Below the pieces are notes generated by a model. That model did not search any database. It was given only the letters and a program-made list of their open reading frames with translations, and was not told where the DNA came from. A stretch of DNA of 63,284 nucleotides, the filler included, from Octopus bimaculoides (Eukaryota): assembly GCF_001194135.2 (NCBI RefSeq). It is 5 parts of 4 records of this genome, joined end to end, with 100 filler letters (N's around TTAATTAATTAA, not from the genome) between each part and the next. Parts side by side here need not be neighbours in the genome. Positions count along the whole stretch, not along the records: positions 1 to 23,794 come from NC_069006.1; 4 more parts are not named here. One strand, given 5' to 3'. Both the position numbers and the translations under genes were made by a program. Positions 1-12,989 of the stretch are shown in pieces; position 1 is the first letter of the stretch; each line of letters opens with the position of its first letter.

Positions 1-2940
1 AAAATTTTTTCTTTTCTTTTTCAACACAAACCCCACTTTTCGGCTACGGGGAATACAAATCTGCAAAAAAAATCGGCAAAAATCGACAGTTCTAAATTAC
101 CCCCACCTCCATTTCCTTCATTAAAAATTTTTTTTAGAATTTTTTTTTCTTAATAAAAAATAAGACTTAAAATAAATGGGAAAAACAAACGAATTCATCT
201 GACAACCTTAATGTATGTATGTTGTGAATGGAATGAAAGATGTAATTTATAATGTGTAGTGAAATTCAGTTGGTTTAAACACACATTTGTTGATGTTAGT
301 AAGAATACAAATGTGTAAAATGGTTTACCATTGTTGACAGCATTTCTTTTGTGAGTGATTTAAGGTTCCAAATGGTAATCTGTCCTGTAAGGTATGTCCT
401 TCGAAACTGTAACACGAAACTGACTGACTGTTGAGAGTGGCGGCAATGTATGGAAAACCATAAGGAGTGTAATGCCAGAAACTTATGAATGACAATTTCA
501 TCTTGGAAATAAGTATTCGCTTACTACTTTCAGTCGATGAACTGTGGACGTGCTGGGGCACTACCTTTAATAGCTTTAGGTGATCATATTGGCCCCAGTA
601 TGTATTTCAAATGTTAGGGCTAAACCAGGGGTGCTTTGGTAGCATGAAATAAAAACTGGACTACTTTTGTCATTAGTTAAACCAGGGATCACGAGCCCCA
701 CCTCTCTTTTGCACGGAGAGAGTGGGGAAATTAATGTAATCAGTGGCACAGAACACATAATACACAGTGCTTTCAGAACTCAGTTTTATTGAGGTGGGCA
801 GGTCCTCTCAAGAACCTCATGTCACCAGACATCTTGGTCCTTTGTGATCTCCCCCATGGGGCTCAACATCTTGAGATCAGTCTTCAATACTTCATTTTAT
901 ATATATATATGCATGTATTCTTTTATTCTATTACTTGTTTCACCTTGAAGAATTTTGTATTCAAACAAACCATCCCCAGTACTAATTTTTTATTCTATTG
1001 GTCTCTTTTGGTGAACATAAACACACCAATAATGGTTGTCGAGCAGTGGTGGGAGACAAACACACAGAAGCTTTTTTCAGTTTCCGTCTACCAAATCCAC
1101 TTACAAGGCTTTGGTCAGCCTGAGGCTATAATAGAAGACACTTGCCCAGGTTTCCATGCAATGGGGCTGAACCTGGAACTATTTGTTTGAAAAGCATTCT
1201 TACAGATGTGTTGACAAAATTATGACAAGCCCAACTTACAAAATTAACAATAAAACACTAATGATTAACAAATATAAACCAGTGTAATTATAAACAGTGT
1301 GACGTTCCTTGAATGTCTTTCTGTGAGTTTCGTAAGTTATTTTTATTTGTAGCTCTACCAACTCAAATAACTTCCTGTAGTCCTTATCAATACTTTTGTT
1401 TGCTGTGATAGTTCCAGGATGTCATACAAGAATATCATTGGTCACTTCTTATCAGATAACGTCTGATAAAAAAGCTCGTTTTGTTTTCTCTTTATGTCTC
1501 TTCAATTAAATCTTTTTAGGATTGACACACATCTATCAGTCTAGCTTTTGCTACTCAAATTTGCTGACAAGTTCAAAAATTTGGCAGAACAGTGTAGAGA
1601 AAAGAAGTTACATACCTCTGAGAGGTGGGTCTTTTATAGACTTGGCAAAATAAACTGAAAAGACATGGTAGCAAAAGAAAGTAAAAAGTGCAAAGCCACC
1701 TGTTGCAGTGGAAAGTGAAGTGGGCGAAGGTTGTCACCATGACCTTATCTGACATTATTTTTTTCTGAACAAAGTCACTTGCCTCCCTCCACCACCTCAA
1801 ATTCACACATCTGTCACTTTACAAAAGCTTTCTTATTTGCATTATTTCTAATCACACCCACATCAACATTGTCTTTTGTCTGTCAGGAAGTCAGTAAATA
1901 AAATAAACCAACAAACAAGTACAGGATGGAGGGGGAGGGGGGAGGTTTGATGGTATGGATGAAGTCCCCTCCCTTCAAATTTTATTTTACTGTCACTGGA
2001 GGGATAAAAAGCAAAACAGATTGCAGCTGGATTTGAACTCAGAAGACATATTGCAAAGCAATTTTGTAGTAATCATCCAGCACATTAATGATTTTGTGTT
2101 AATAAAAGAACAATTGAAGAATTTATGAGCAACATATTTTTATTATCTGATCTTAATGCATCAAGTTTGAAGTGAAAATGCATTTTGTCATCAAAATTTC
2201 TAATTATGTAATAACGAGGAAACAATAACGAGAAAAAGAAACCTTTTAAATGAAATGAAATTAAAATGAATTAAAAAAATGATTTTATTAAGTCAATTCG
2301 TTTTCTGTCATTTGAGAATAATTCCTTTATGTTGCAAGAGGTGGCAGGGGTGGGAGGATCAAGTGGAGACGAATTCTTGAGTCCAGAAATGTTTTTTGAT
2401 TGGGAAATGACTTAGTTTTGAGATTGTGTCTTGAAATGGAAGTAATTACATTGAAGAAAAGCCATGATGTCCTGAAGATAGTTAAAACACACACACACAC
2501 ATGCCATTGGATTTATTGTTTTATGTTTTGTAAGATGCAGGGGAGTCGTGTTTGACCAGGTCTTAGATGTAGGACAAAACTTTTGGATGTTTTATAGAAT
2601 GTGAACATGTATGTTTGGGAGACAAATTAAATATACAGAAATATGTTAAAATCACTTAAACATAAATGCTGCCAACAAGTAGAGATCTTACTCAAATATT
2701 CCAGAATAAAAGTGAAATGGCTGGCCTAGGATTTGAAATCTGGTTATTTCAGTTCTTTTAATGGAGAGATACATAAACAGGAGAAAACATATGCATTGTT
2801 CTGTAGATTTAGACCAAAAGGAAAGGCAGAAATATTGTAGAGAAAACATGAGTGATTGTCAGATAAAAATAAAAAGAGAGAGAGAGAGACGAAAGGGAGG
2901 GATGGGAGGGAGAGGTGAACCTAAAAAATTAATGATCAAT

Positions 2941-3344
2941 AGGCGTAGGAGTGGCTGTGTGGCAAGTAGCTTGCTTACGAACCACATGGTTCCGGGTTCA
3001 GTCCCACTGCGTGGCACCTTGGGCAAGTGTCTTCTACTATAGCCTTGGGCCGACCAAAGCCGTGTGAGTGGATTTGGTAGACGGAAACTGAAAGAAGCCC
3101 GTCGTATATATGTATATATATAAATATGTATGTTTGTGTCTCTGTGTTTGTCCCCCCAACATCGCTTGACAACCGATGCTGGTGTGTAGAGGTCTCCGTA
3201 ACTTAGCGGTTCGGCAAAAGAGACCGATAGAATAAGTACTAGGCTTACAAAGAATAAGTCCTGGGATCGATTTGCTCGACTAAAGGTGGTGCTACAGCAT
3301 GGCCACAGTCAAATGACTGAAACAAGTAAAAGAGTAAAAGAGTA
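2941..3344 (+). mobile_element. tRNA-head SINE family A with central (TA/TG)n and (AAAGAGT)n tail
   Basis: A-box/B-box head (gtggctgtgtgg...ggttcagtcc). Copies at 50111-50520(+), 37617-38110(-), 62985-63284(-), 57801-57968(+), about 10905-11200(+), and partial at about 1040-1190(-) and 28320-28420(-). Confidence 0.85.
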
Positions 3345-4380
3345 ATGTCACATGATGAGATCAATACAAAGAAACCATCAAAACCGTTGCAGAACCAAGT
3401 TCAAATTAGCAGTGCTGGCTCCGTATCCTCTTTGTTTAGGCCTTTTGTCTGTCTCATGGTTTTCCCTTGTGTGAAGCGAGTGTGTTGGAAGGAAAGGGCA
3501 TAGCATAAAAATAACATATTTACCAAGCCCAGATGTGGACAAAAGAAATGATGAAATAATTTCAGTGGAGGAGAAGTCAAGAACTAGAACAAACATTGCC
3601 ATCTGTTGCTTCCTTTCTTTTCCAGCCATGGTTTATTTATGGAAAACAAAAAACGACATATGATGATTCTAAGATAGGCCCAATGTTTGGAATTTATAGG
3701 ATGGGAATAGGGCTTATGCAGTTAAATCAACTCCTGTGCTTTGCTGGTCCTTTATTTCATTGACCCCGCGACCCACCCACTCCAAAAGGAAGATTGGTTG
3801 TAAAGAGGCAGAACAAATATCACAAGGTAGTCATCTTGACACTCTCATGATTCCGTCATATCATCGCCATAATAATAATAATAATAATAGTAATAATAAT
3901 AATGACAATAATAATAATCCTTTCTACTATAGACACAAGGCCTGAAATTTTGCGCGAGGGGATAAGTCGATTACATCGACCCCAGTGTTTCACTGGTACA
4001 TTACTTTATCAACCCCAGAAGGATGAAAGGTAAAGTTGACCTCGGTGGAATTTGAACTCAGAACGTAAGGATGGAGAAAATGGCACTAAGCAACGATTCT
4101 GCCAGATTGAATGGTTTGTAATATAGGCACAGCATCACACAATCAACCTCAGCACATGACTGGTACTTTATTTTATCAACCTTGGAAGGAGGAAAGACAA
4201 AAACTGACTTTGGAGGGATTTGAACTTGGAATGTCAAGGGATGTAACTAAATACCACAAAGGATTTTGTCTGGTGATCTATGGTCTATTAAATAATAATT
4301 ATAAATTACTATTATTTGATGATAAATAAAATGAAGCAAAATTATTATCATCATTCATCAACCAATCACCACCAATCATC

Positions 4381-4540
4381 ACCATAATCGTCAATCATCA
4401 CCATTGTCTTCAATCATCAATCATTACCATAATCGTCAATCATCTCCATTGTCTTCAATCATCAATCATTACCATAATCGTCAATCATCCCCATTGTCTT
4501 CAATCATCAATCATTACCATTGTCTTCAATCATCAGTCAT
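4381..4540. repeat. 45-bp minisatellite (about 3.5 units) just downstream of the FTSJ1 stop
   Basis: Unit accataatcgtcaatcatcaccattgtcttcaatcatcaatcatt repeats at 4381, 4426 and 4471. Confidence 0.9.
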
Positions 4541-4703
4541 CATTCATCAACATTCTTAGCATGAAATCCATAAAAACAAACCTTCATTCAAATAAGAAAG
4601 ACATTTATCATTAGTCACTGAATGACAAAATATCTGTTCCTGTGATGACGATGACTCCCCACCACTAATAACCCCCACCCCCACCTTGTTGTGGTCAGTT
4701 CCG

Positions 4704-4901
4704 TCACGACTTCAGGTTAAGGTCAGCCATGTCGTTAGACAAGCGGTTCGAGGCATCACTGCTCCGGTTGATGGAACGCCTGGGAGTTACTTCCGGTTTC
4801 GAGAGAAGATCATTCTTCTTGCGGTAACAGGCTTCCTTGTAGGGTGGGTTTATCGGTCCCTGGGTGGGTGGATGGTAGCTGTATTCCTTCTGGGTAGTCA
4901 A
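4704..4901 (-). CDS. FTSJ1: FTSJ1 terminal coding exon 10
   Basis: tttccag|TTG ACT...TCG TGA. LTTQKEYSYHPPTQGPINPPYKEAC...; PPTQxPIxPPYxEAC is the conserved Trm7 C-terminal motif. Exon sum 972 nt = 323 aa plus stop. Confidence 0.94.
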   Translation of the reverse strand: MTTQKEYSYHPPTQGPINPPYKEACYRKKNDLLSKPEVTPRRSINRSSDASNRLSNDMADLNLKS

Positions 4902-5411
4902 CTGGAAATCAAAGAAGAAAAGAGAAATAGTATTGGTTCATAAAACATTAGGAGAGAAAGAGTGAGGGGGGGGGGGTGACATATTGTGGGAGTGACGTTT
5001 TAGTCGAGGGAAGAAAACTACATTGAAAACTAATTTCAAATATCAGATTCCAAGGTGTTACAAATCTTTAATTGATGGTTGTCTCCTAAATAGGAGACAA
5101 CAACCAATTAAAGATTTGCAACTTCATGGCCTCCACATCAGACTGTGGTTGGACGAGAAAACATATTGAGGCCTACATTCCTGCAGTGCACTGAATATAG
5201 GCAAATCCAATTCAATACACACACACACATTATTATCAATATCACCATCATCATTTTATGTAGGATTCTTCTCATCTGGTATGGATTGTACAGGTCTCAC
5301 AGCATCACATAACCCACTTATGGTCCTTCACCATCTGGCACATACACACACCAACAGAGAAAACTCGACCCCTTTCTGCCCGTCATCAACTGAATACATG
5401 ATAATGTACAA

Positions 5412-5645
5412 AGGCGGTGAGCTGGCAGAAACGTTAGTACGCCGGGCGAAATGCTTAGCGGTATTTCGTCTGCCGCTACGTTCTGAGTTCAAATTCCGCT
5501 GAGGTCGACTTTGCCTTTCATCCTTTCTGGATCGATTAAATAAGTACCAATTACGCACTGGGGTCGATGTAATCGACTTAATCCGTTTGTCTGTCCTTGT
5601 TTATCCCCTCTGTGTATAGCCCCTTGCGGGTAGCAAAGAAATAAC
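5412..5645 (+). mobile_element. tRNA-head SINE family B (core ctttgcctttcatcctttc..ggtcgat.aaataagtacc)
   Basis: Dispersed copies at about 3945-4230(-), 7150-7270(-), 8865-8950(-), 37180-37385(+), 44400-44590(-), 52500-52710(-), 54670-54810(-) and 57490-57670(-). Confidence 0.85.
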
Positions 5646-5967
5646 ATGATAATGTACAAATATCACCAGACAGTCTCAGACAAAACTTAAACAATCCCAT
5701 TCTCTCTCTAACCATCATTTCATTCATTCCTTTTTGCTTGAATATATCTTTCAGCCAATAGTCTTCTGATGGATAACTGTTTTACAGGGTAGACTCAATG
5801 CATTTTAAGCAGACACAACTGTATGAAGAAAATGGGTGAATAACCATGGAGAGGTTAGCTTCTCTCACACTTGAGATTGTGATGTCTACGTAAAAGTGAA
5901 TAGAGAAATCAACAGAAGAAGAATGGACATGATAATGTCCAGTAAAATATTTAATGCATCCACTTAC

Positions 5968-6071
5968 GGAGAGCGGGTAGGTCTTGTCTGAATCGAAGCC
6001 ACTCAAATCACCACAAGCAAGGAAAGGGACAATGATACGGTTTGGTCCAGTGAGGTTGTTGAAGTCAACAT
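5968..6071 (-). CDS. FTSJ1: FTSJ1 coding exon 9
   Basis: tttgcag|AT GTT...TCC|gtaag, 104 nt. (D)[34 protein letters not shown], matching the conserved IVPFxxCGDLSxxDSDxxYPL segment. Confidence 0.95.
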
Positions 6072-6332
6072 CTGCAAATGGAATCAATCAATAACATTTA
6101 CTGATCTTGTACTATTAATTACATATTATTACTGAGAGAGAATGACTGAATTAACTGCTGGATTAGGGGTGGGGAGGAGCAGGCAGCTAATTTAGGAAAG
6201 AAAAAAACCATTTTGGTAGTCATTGGAAAATGAGTGCATCTATAATTTAATCAGTTGCAGTGTATTGGTAAATACTAGAGTCACTAATAAAAACCGTGCT
6301 GGACTACAGCATACACTCTACATACAAGTCAT

Positions 6333-6600
6333 TATCATCATCATCATCGTTTAACGTCTGCTTTCCATGCTAGCATGGGTTGGACGATTTGACTGAGGAC
6401 TGGCGAACCAGATGGCTGCACCAGGCTCCAATCTGATCTGGCAGAGTTTCTACAGCTGGATGCCTTTCCTAATGCCAACCACTCCGAGAGTGTAGTTGGT
6501 GCTTTTACGTGTCACCGGCATGAGGGCCAGTCAGGTGGAACTGGCAATAGCCACACTCAAATGTTTTTTCATGTGCCACCATAAGGCGACGCTGGTAACG
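6333..6600 (-). mobile_element. Retroposon family D with RTE-like 3' end and (GAT)n tail
   Basis: Shared core ggcattaggaagggcatccagctgtagaaa...caacccatgc.agcatggaaagc.gacgttaaacgatgatg. Copies at about 13325-13445(-), 14085-14280(-), 14305-14430(+), 14895-15125(+), 15147-15340(-) and 53650-54000(-). Confidence 0.8.
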
Positions 6601-6974
6601 ATTATGCTCATATATATATATATATATANNNNNNNNNNNNNNNNNNNNNNNNNNNNNNNNNNNNNNNNNNNNNNNNNNNNNNNNNNNNNNNNNNNNNNNN
6701 NNNNNNNNNNNNNNNNNNNNNNNNNNNNNNNNNNNNNNNNNNNNNNNNNNNNNNNNNNNNNNNNNNNNNNNNNNNNNNNNNNNNNNNNNNNNNNNNNNNN
6801 NNNNNNNNNNNNNNNNNNNNNNNNNNNNNNNNNNNNNNNNNNNNNNNNNNNNNNNNNNNNNNNNNNNNNNNNNNNNNNNNNNAATAATATAATGCATAAC
6901 CAGGCAGTGAGAATATAGAAGAACTAAAAAACAAAAGCAAGGACAACTAAAAGAAAGACAAGCTAACAACTTAC

Positions 6975-7058
6975 CATATTGTTGATCCAACAATGGATTA
7001 GACATGTTCGGTAGATAACCTTCTGGAGGGGAATATTTCTCACAAACAACAAAGGCTT
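6975..7058 (-). CDS. FTSJ1: FTSJ1 coding exon 8
   Basis: tttgcag|AA GCC...TAT G|gtaag, 84 nt. (E)AFVVCEKYSPPEGYLPNMSNPLLDQQY; the split codon G|AA gives the catalytic Glu of SSIEAF. Confidence 0.96.
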
Positions 7059-7072
7059 CTGCAAAGATATTT

Positions 7073-7103
<31 letters not shown>

Positions 7104-8299
7104 CGCATACACACACACTTACATATATATACATACGTACATAATTCTTTCAGTTACAAGCACAAGTCCTGAAATTTTGAGGAAGGAAGCTGAATCCAGT
7201 GCTCAACTGGTAATTATTTAATCAACCCCAAAAGGATGGAAGGCACATCCAACCTTGGTGGAACATTAAAGTGTTAAACACATTAATATGTTTAATACTT
7301 ATGTTCATATTAACAGGAGGGTAAACACAATGTTTCTTTTCTGGTTTTACACACAAACAAGTACGTATGTGTGTCTGCATAAACATACAGAGTGCACTGA
7401 GCCACAAATGAAGGATGAGCTAACACAACATACTTGACAGGGGAAACAAAATTACCCCAAAAGTAATCTCTCTTTCTACATACACACACACACACACAAG
7501 GTGTGCCTGATATTTGTGAATGATGTTTACCACGCCAGAAATAGAGGATGTACAAACCTAATATTTCATGCACCAATTATTCCAACTTCCTTGTTTTTCT
7601 TTCAAATGTATTCAACAATATCAAAATGTTAGATCCCAAACTGACAAAGGAAATGAGAAGGTATGACGTGTTTGTGGCTTTATACACCAACCACTGTGAC
7701 TTAGGAAATCGTTAGCATCTTCAATGTAGCTAGGTTCCAGGATTGGAAAGTGATGGAGACATCCAAACAGTCAGACATCATCAGGATAATTTAGTTTGTT
7801 GGTCAATTCCAGAACAAAACGAACATGTCCAGTGGATTGAATTAAACCATCATCACTAACACCTTTTGCCTCTTAGAATATATGAAGCAATGGCGTCGCC
7901 TCTGCACCATCTCTTGACTTGCTAGACATAGCAGCCTAAACTTCTTCACGTCTCACCCTGCCATATTGAATGAAGTGGTTATAGATGCACTGTTTCTGGA
8001 GGAAAGACTGGATGGTCACAACTAGAATGCCTTTGATCATAGTGTTGTTCACTCAGGATTGACTTGGGGCTAAATAAGTAAAAGAGAATTTCTACTCAAT
8101 TACATAACTTGCTAGAAATAGCAGTCAAATCTTTCAAATGCAATTCTATCATTTAAAGAAAAAAAATGGACACATAGGATTATGTACTCCCTGATTAAAA
8201 AAAAAAAAATTATGGTGGTGGTCATGGCTGGAATGTCTTTGAACAAAGGTCTGCTCCATCAGGACCGACCCAGAATTAAACAGCAAAACAAGAACCTAC

Positions 8300-8402
8300 C
8301 TATACTAGAGTTGCGACTGCTACGAGGTTTGTAGACAGTTACCAGCGGGAAAAAGATTTTGAGTTGAGAATAAAGCAGGGTGACATCTTTGCCCCGGAAT
8401 AT
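8300..8402 (-). CDS. FTSJ1: FTSJ1 coding exon 7
   Basis: cttcag|ATA...ATA G|gtagg, 103 nt. [34 protein letters not shown]. Confidence 0.96.
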
Positions 8403-9267
8403 CTGAAGAAGAATAGACAGAAACAAATAGAATATAGAAGGTTACTATACAAAACAGGGACATTAATGATAATAACAATGAATTTCGAATTAGGCACGAA
8501 GACAGCATAGCTGTAGAAAGTTTCCTATGTTTTTGTGTAATGCTAAGGGAAGTAACTCAAATAAAGAAATAAACGGCTGCTAGGGCGATGGTGGTGGAGG
8601 GAGCAGCCACAGTCCTGATGAGTATCGGTAAAATGTATGTTTGATGGGAAACTGGCAGAGCTGGTAGAGCGAAGGATGAGTTGTCTCATGGAATTTGTTT
8701 CAACTCTCTGCATACTGAGTTCAAGTTGTTGTGAGGTGAATGCTGCCTTTCATCACTTCAGGGTCGATGAAAATATTGCAGCCGTCCAAGGGATGTGTTT
8801 TGAAGGAATTCTAACAGATTTGGTCTAAATGCCAGTGTGAAACTGATACTTCTTTCACTGACGTAAAGGCAAAGTTGACCTCGGTGGAATTTGAACTCAA
8901 AATGTTAAAATGGACGAAATGCCACTAAGCATGCTAATGATTCTGCCAGCTCAGTATGATGATGATGATGATGACAATAATGAGCTGACTGTTTGTTCTT
9001 GGATGGTAGATTTGATCTCTCACCTGAGTTAACACCACCTCCACCACCCTGGGTATCTTTTGTGGCATCCACGCCGTTGCATACATTATGGGCAGTTCTT
9101 TAGTTTGAGGACAAATTCCTCCTTCTTGGAGACTCAGGGAAACATAAAATGTCAGAAGTGCTGCTCTTCTGTCTGTGAGACCAAATGGTTAAAAAAAAGA
9201 AATAAAACAACAAAAAATGCATGAGTGTGTGTGTGTGAAGAGACAATGCCACCATTCAACTACTCAC

Positions 9268-9321
9268 CTTAGCAACAAATGTGCCACCAGGTTTCAATAC
9301 ATGAGTTGTGATGTTGAGGGC
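9268..9321 (-). CDS. FTSJ1: FTSJ1 coding exon 6
   Basis: tttcag|GCC...AAG|gtgag, 54 nt. ALNITTHVLKPGGTFVAK, with the catalytic Lys in FVAK. Confidence 0.96.
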
Positions 9322-9698
9322 CTGAAATATTTTAGAAAAGTAAGAAATGGTTAAGACAACTGCAGAAGAAGTTGAAGAAGAAGAAGGAGAGAGAGAGAGA
9401 GAATTGGGGNNNNNNNNNNNNNNNNNNNNNNNNNNNNNNNNNNNNNNNNNNNNNNNNNNNNNNNNNNNNNNNNNNNNNNNNNNNNNNNNNNNNNNNNNNN
9501 NNNNNNNNNNNNNNNNNNNNNNNNNNNNNNNNNNNGGGGGGGGGGGTAATGATTAGGAGGTGCATGAATGAGTAAACCAGTTGAAGTAATCATATAAATG
9601 AATGTAAGACATGTCTAGATTTTATATTAGATGGACTAGTGTCCTCATCTTAATTGTTGCTTTTGGTACGTTTTGGCTGTTGTATGCTCCTGTGAGTG

Positions 9699-10080
9699 GA
9701 GGCGCAATGGCCCAGTGGTTAGGGCAGCGGACTCGCGGTCATAGGATCGCAGTTTCGATTCCCAGACCGGGCGTTGTGAGTGTTTATTGAGCGAAATCAC
9801 CTAAAGCTCCATGAGGCTCCGGCAAGGGACTGGTGGCGAACCCTGCTGTACTCTTTCACCACAACTTTCTCTCACTCTTACTTCCTGTTTCTGTTGTGCC
9901 TGTAATTCAAAGGGCTAGCCTTGTCACACTGTGTCACGCTGAATCTCCCCCGAGAACTACATTAAGGATACACGTGTCTGTGGAGTGCTCAGCCACTTGC
10001 ACGTTAATTTCACGAGCAGGCTGTTCCGTTGATCGGATCAACTGGAACCCCTCGACGTCGTAAGCGACGGAGTGCCAACA
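9699..10080 (+). mobile_element. tRNA-derived SINE family C
   Basis: Head ggaggcgcaatggcccagtggttagg...gtttcgattccc. A diverged second copy at about 48050-48365 shares the 3' body (gagaactacattaagg...cagccacttgca.gttaatttcac). Confidence 0.8.
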
Positions 10081-10757
10081 ATGCTCCTGTGAAATGTAAT
10101 GAAAGCTGTAATCAAGATGTGGACATTAGGCTGACTAATATAAACAGGATACAGAATATAAATTCCTAATTTCAGCAACATAGAATTGAATGTAAGACGT
10201 ATCAGCCAATCACTCATTAGCATATTCAAAGAGGGTTTATGCAAATTTATACATTTGCATATTGTTGGTCACCTACTGTATACACTGCTGGATGCCAGTA
10301 CCTTCCAACCATTATACACAAGACTAATGAAATTGGTGTGGGACCTATTTGTCAGTCAGGCAGACTAAGGCAAGTGGAATTATGTCTCTTGCTTCAAACG
10401 ACAATGTAGATGGGGCATATGAAAGAGTTGAACTCATAACCTGCTGATTCGTGCTTCAATAATTATAACATCACTTTAGATGAAAATAGTATAAAAAAAA
10501 TAAAGCAATCAACTCTTTAGAATTTAAACCAGCCATATCCAGCCTCTTACACCTATCCTACAATGTTAGTCTAAACAGTAAACAATCACATCGTTGAAAT
10601 CTTGAAGTTACAAGATAATGGAGGGTCAAATTAAAACAATGCGAATAAATAAGCAGAACATTTGGCAGAGGAGCAACCTGAATGCTAAAGGATTAATAAG
10701 TAAAGATAATTGAAGTCAATAAATATAATTAAAAATATTTAATTAGTAGATACATAC

Positions 10758-10810
10758 GGCTAGAAGGAGTTGTGCTTGGATATATTCATCAATATCATGA
10801 AGACCAGTGA
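10758..10810 (-). CDS. FTSJ1: FTSJ1 coding exon 5
   Basis: tttcag|TC ACT...GCC|gtatg, 53 nt. (V)TGLHDIDEYIQAQLLLA. Confidence 0.96.
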
Positions 10811-11634
10811 CTGAAAGGAAATGGAAAATCGGAATTGAAATTCTTGCAAGTAAAACAGATCTTTTTGTACAAAAGACAGGAATCAAGCAGTAAATATTCC
10901 TCCACTGTGTGGCATCTCAGGCAAATGTCTTCTGTTATAGCCCTGGGCTGACCAAAGCCTTCTGAGTGGATTTGGTAGATGGAAACTGAAAGAAGCTTCT
11001 CATACATATATATATGTGTGTGTGTGTGTCTTTGTATGTTCATGTACTCCTAACTTAGCGATTCAGCAAAAGAGACTGATAAAATAAGGACCAGGTATTA
11101 AAAAAAATAAGTGCTGGGGGTTGATTTTTCAGACTAAAATTCTTCAAGGTGGTGCCCCAGCACAGCCATGGTCTAATGACGGAAACAAATAAAAGATAAA
11201 AAAGGGATCTTTCCATGGCCCTTTGTGTTGTAATCTATCAATGGTCATCCCTTTTTTATTAGTAGCCCACATCTCAATTGAATATAGAAGCAAATGTAGG
11301 ATGGAACTATTGAAGAGACTGGCATGGAGGGTCTCGTCCAGCCCCCGCCCCGTTCAGCCTTTATTCCTCTCTGGGTCGAAATAGATCTTATGAACGTCTC
11401 TTCATATCACCGTTTTCTCAGAATAAGGAAGAGTTAGTATAAACAGTAAACAACAACAAATGAAGTCATGAAGGGATTGATTTTGTTTGCGCCATATTCC
11501 AAGGAATGGTGAAAATATGTTATGTTATTGGAAGTGAGTTAGAGAAAGAGACAAGAAACAAGTCAGATGCAATGACACACCTTGGAAGGAAAGACATAGT
11601 AAAGCTACAGCTCTCAACATAAGAAGCTATTTAC

Positions 11635-11713
11635 CATCAGGGGCCCCATCGCACACAACCAGGTCTGCCTGTTCTCCTTCAAAATGACTGATTATTTCTT
11701 CAGCTGTGGATTT
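11635..11713 (-). CDS. FTSJ1: FTSJ1 coding exon 4
   Basis: ttttatttgccag|AAA...GAT G|gtaaa, 79 nt. [26 protein letters not shown], with the catalytic Asp in CDGAPD. Confidence 0.96.
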
Positions 11714-12610
11714 CTGGCAAATAAAAAAAAGAGACGAAAAGAAAAAAGTTAGTAACAATAAAAATTACATGTTTTGTTTGATGTTTAAAATTTCATTAAC
11801 AAGATTTTTTTTTTTTTTGCTGTTGTTTAACCTTGGGCAAACCTTAAGCGAGCAGATTTATGATCTGATACATTCCAACTGCGACCATCATGTTCTTTTG
11901 CTCAGACATATCGTAGCCAGGACCAAATTAGCTCATATGTCTTTCGTTTTTAAGATGGTTAAGGTGAAATTTGATGAAGATTTAGCTGCTATTCCTAGCA
12001 GTGTTTCTCAACCCTTTTTGTCCCATGCTCCATTTTGATGGATAAAATCAGCAAATAGCTGGTACACACACCACATGTATCCATACATCTTCTCTGCCCA
12101 CTGTTCCTGGGAAGGTCATAAGGTTAGAGTCCTCTGGTATTTCCTCCATAGGGTCCTATCAGAAGCAACCTCCATTAGACTTTCCAACCGGATTCACAAG
12201 CACGATCAACTGAGACTATGGTTCATTCTCAGTTTGATATTCTAATCAAAATTTTTTTTAAAGATATATATATATATATANNNNNNNNNNNNNNNNNNNN
12301 NNNNNNNNNNNNNNNNNNNNNNNNNNNNNNNNNNNNNNNNNNNNNNNNNNNNNNNNNNNNNNNNNNNNNNNNNNNNNNATCTTATGATATTTACTTTGTT
12401 TTATATTATACTCATTTATTGTGCTTTTAATTATTAATTTTTCTATATGTGATAGTGGATTTTCATCGATGAGTTCTTGAAACTTGGTTCTTTTCCCTAA
12501 AACTATATATTTTTATATATATTATAATCTATAAAGCTCAATTTAATTTTAATTTTTTATAAATTGATTTTAATTGAGTTTTTACCTGTAATTTTGGATT
12601 TTGTCCCTAA

Positions 12611-12642
<32 letters not shown>

Positions 12643-12883
12643 TACACATACACGCATACTATATAAATGTAAGTGTATGTGGTTATGTGTGCATGTTTAC
12701 CCCAAAAATCTTTGAAAATGTGCATCCTCAAGAAAAACGAATTTGAATTTCGAATTCTTCATCTCCCAGACAACGATGTTCATAAATAATAATAAAAACA
12801 TATACTTATGGTCTCTAGGCCCATCTATCACAACATACCCCAGTCATTCTGTTTAGTTTCCAATATTGATGTCTTCTTCTTAC

Positions 12884-12989
12884 CTTTGTGATGTCCCCTT
12901 GTATTTGAGTGACCCCAGGTATTGGTGCCATTGCTTGAAGATCGACTGCTACGATCTTGGTATCTGTCTCGCCATCACTGGAATTGCCC
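12884..12989 (-). CDS. FTSJ1: FTSJ1 coding exon 3
   Basis: Encodes (R)[35 protein letters not shown], donor AAG|gtaag. Two in-frame acceptors: exon start 12989 (aag) or 12977 (cag). Confidence 0.93.

Noticed and set aside
325-3629. Short ORFs at 325-758, 1573-1806, 3378-3629 and a plus-strand open segment after an acceptor at 1519
   Set aside because: No recognisable protein motifs and no consistent exon chain; probably UTR or intergenic.
4381-4540. Possible CRISPR-like array
   Set aside because: Pure tandem minisatellite with no unique spacers, in eukaryotic DNA.
7771-7856. Box C/D snoRNA-like boxes (GTGATGA...CTGATGA...CTGA) on the minus strand in an FTSJ1 intron
   Set aside because: The C' box is only 3 nt from the D box, the terminal stem is weak, and I found no convincing 10+ nt rRNA/snRNA guide complementarity.
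8615-8660. CTGATGA...GAAA hammerhead-like spacing
   Set aside because: No U-H cleavage site after stem III and no stem I pairing.
8637-8828. Plus-strand ORF MFDGKLAELV... that superficially resembles FTSJ1 HFEGxxADLVV
   Set aside because: Wrong strand; the true exon was found at 11635-11713.
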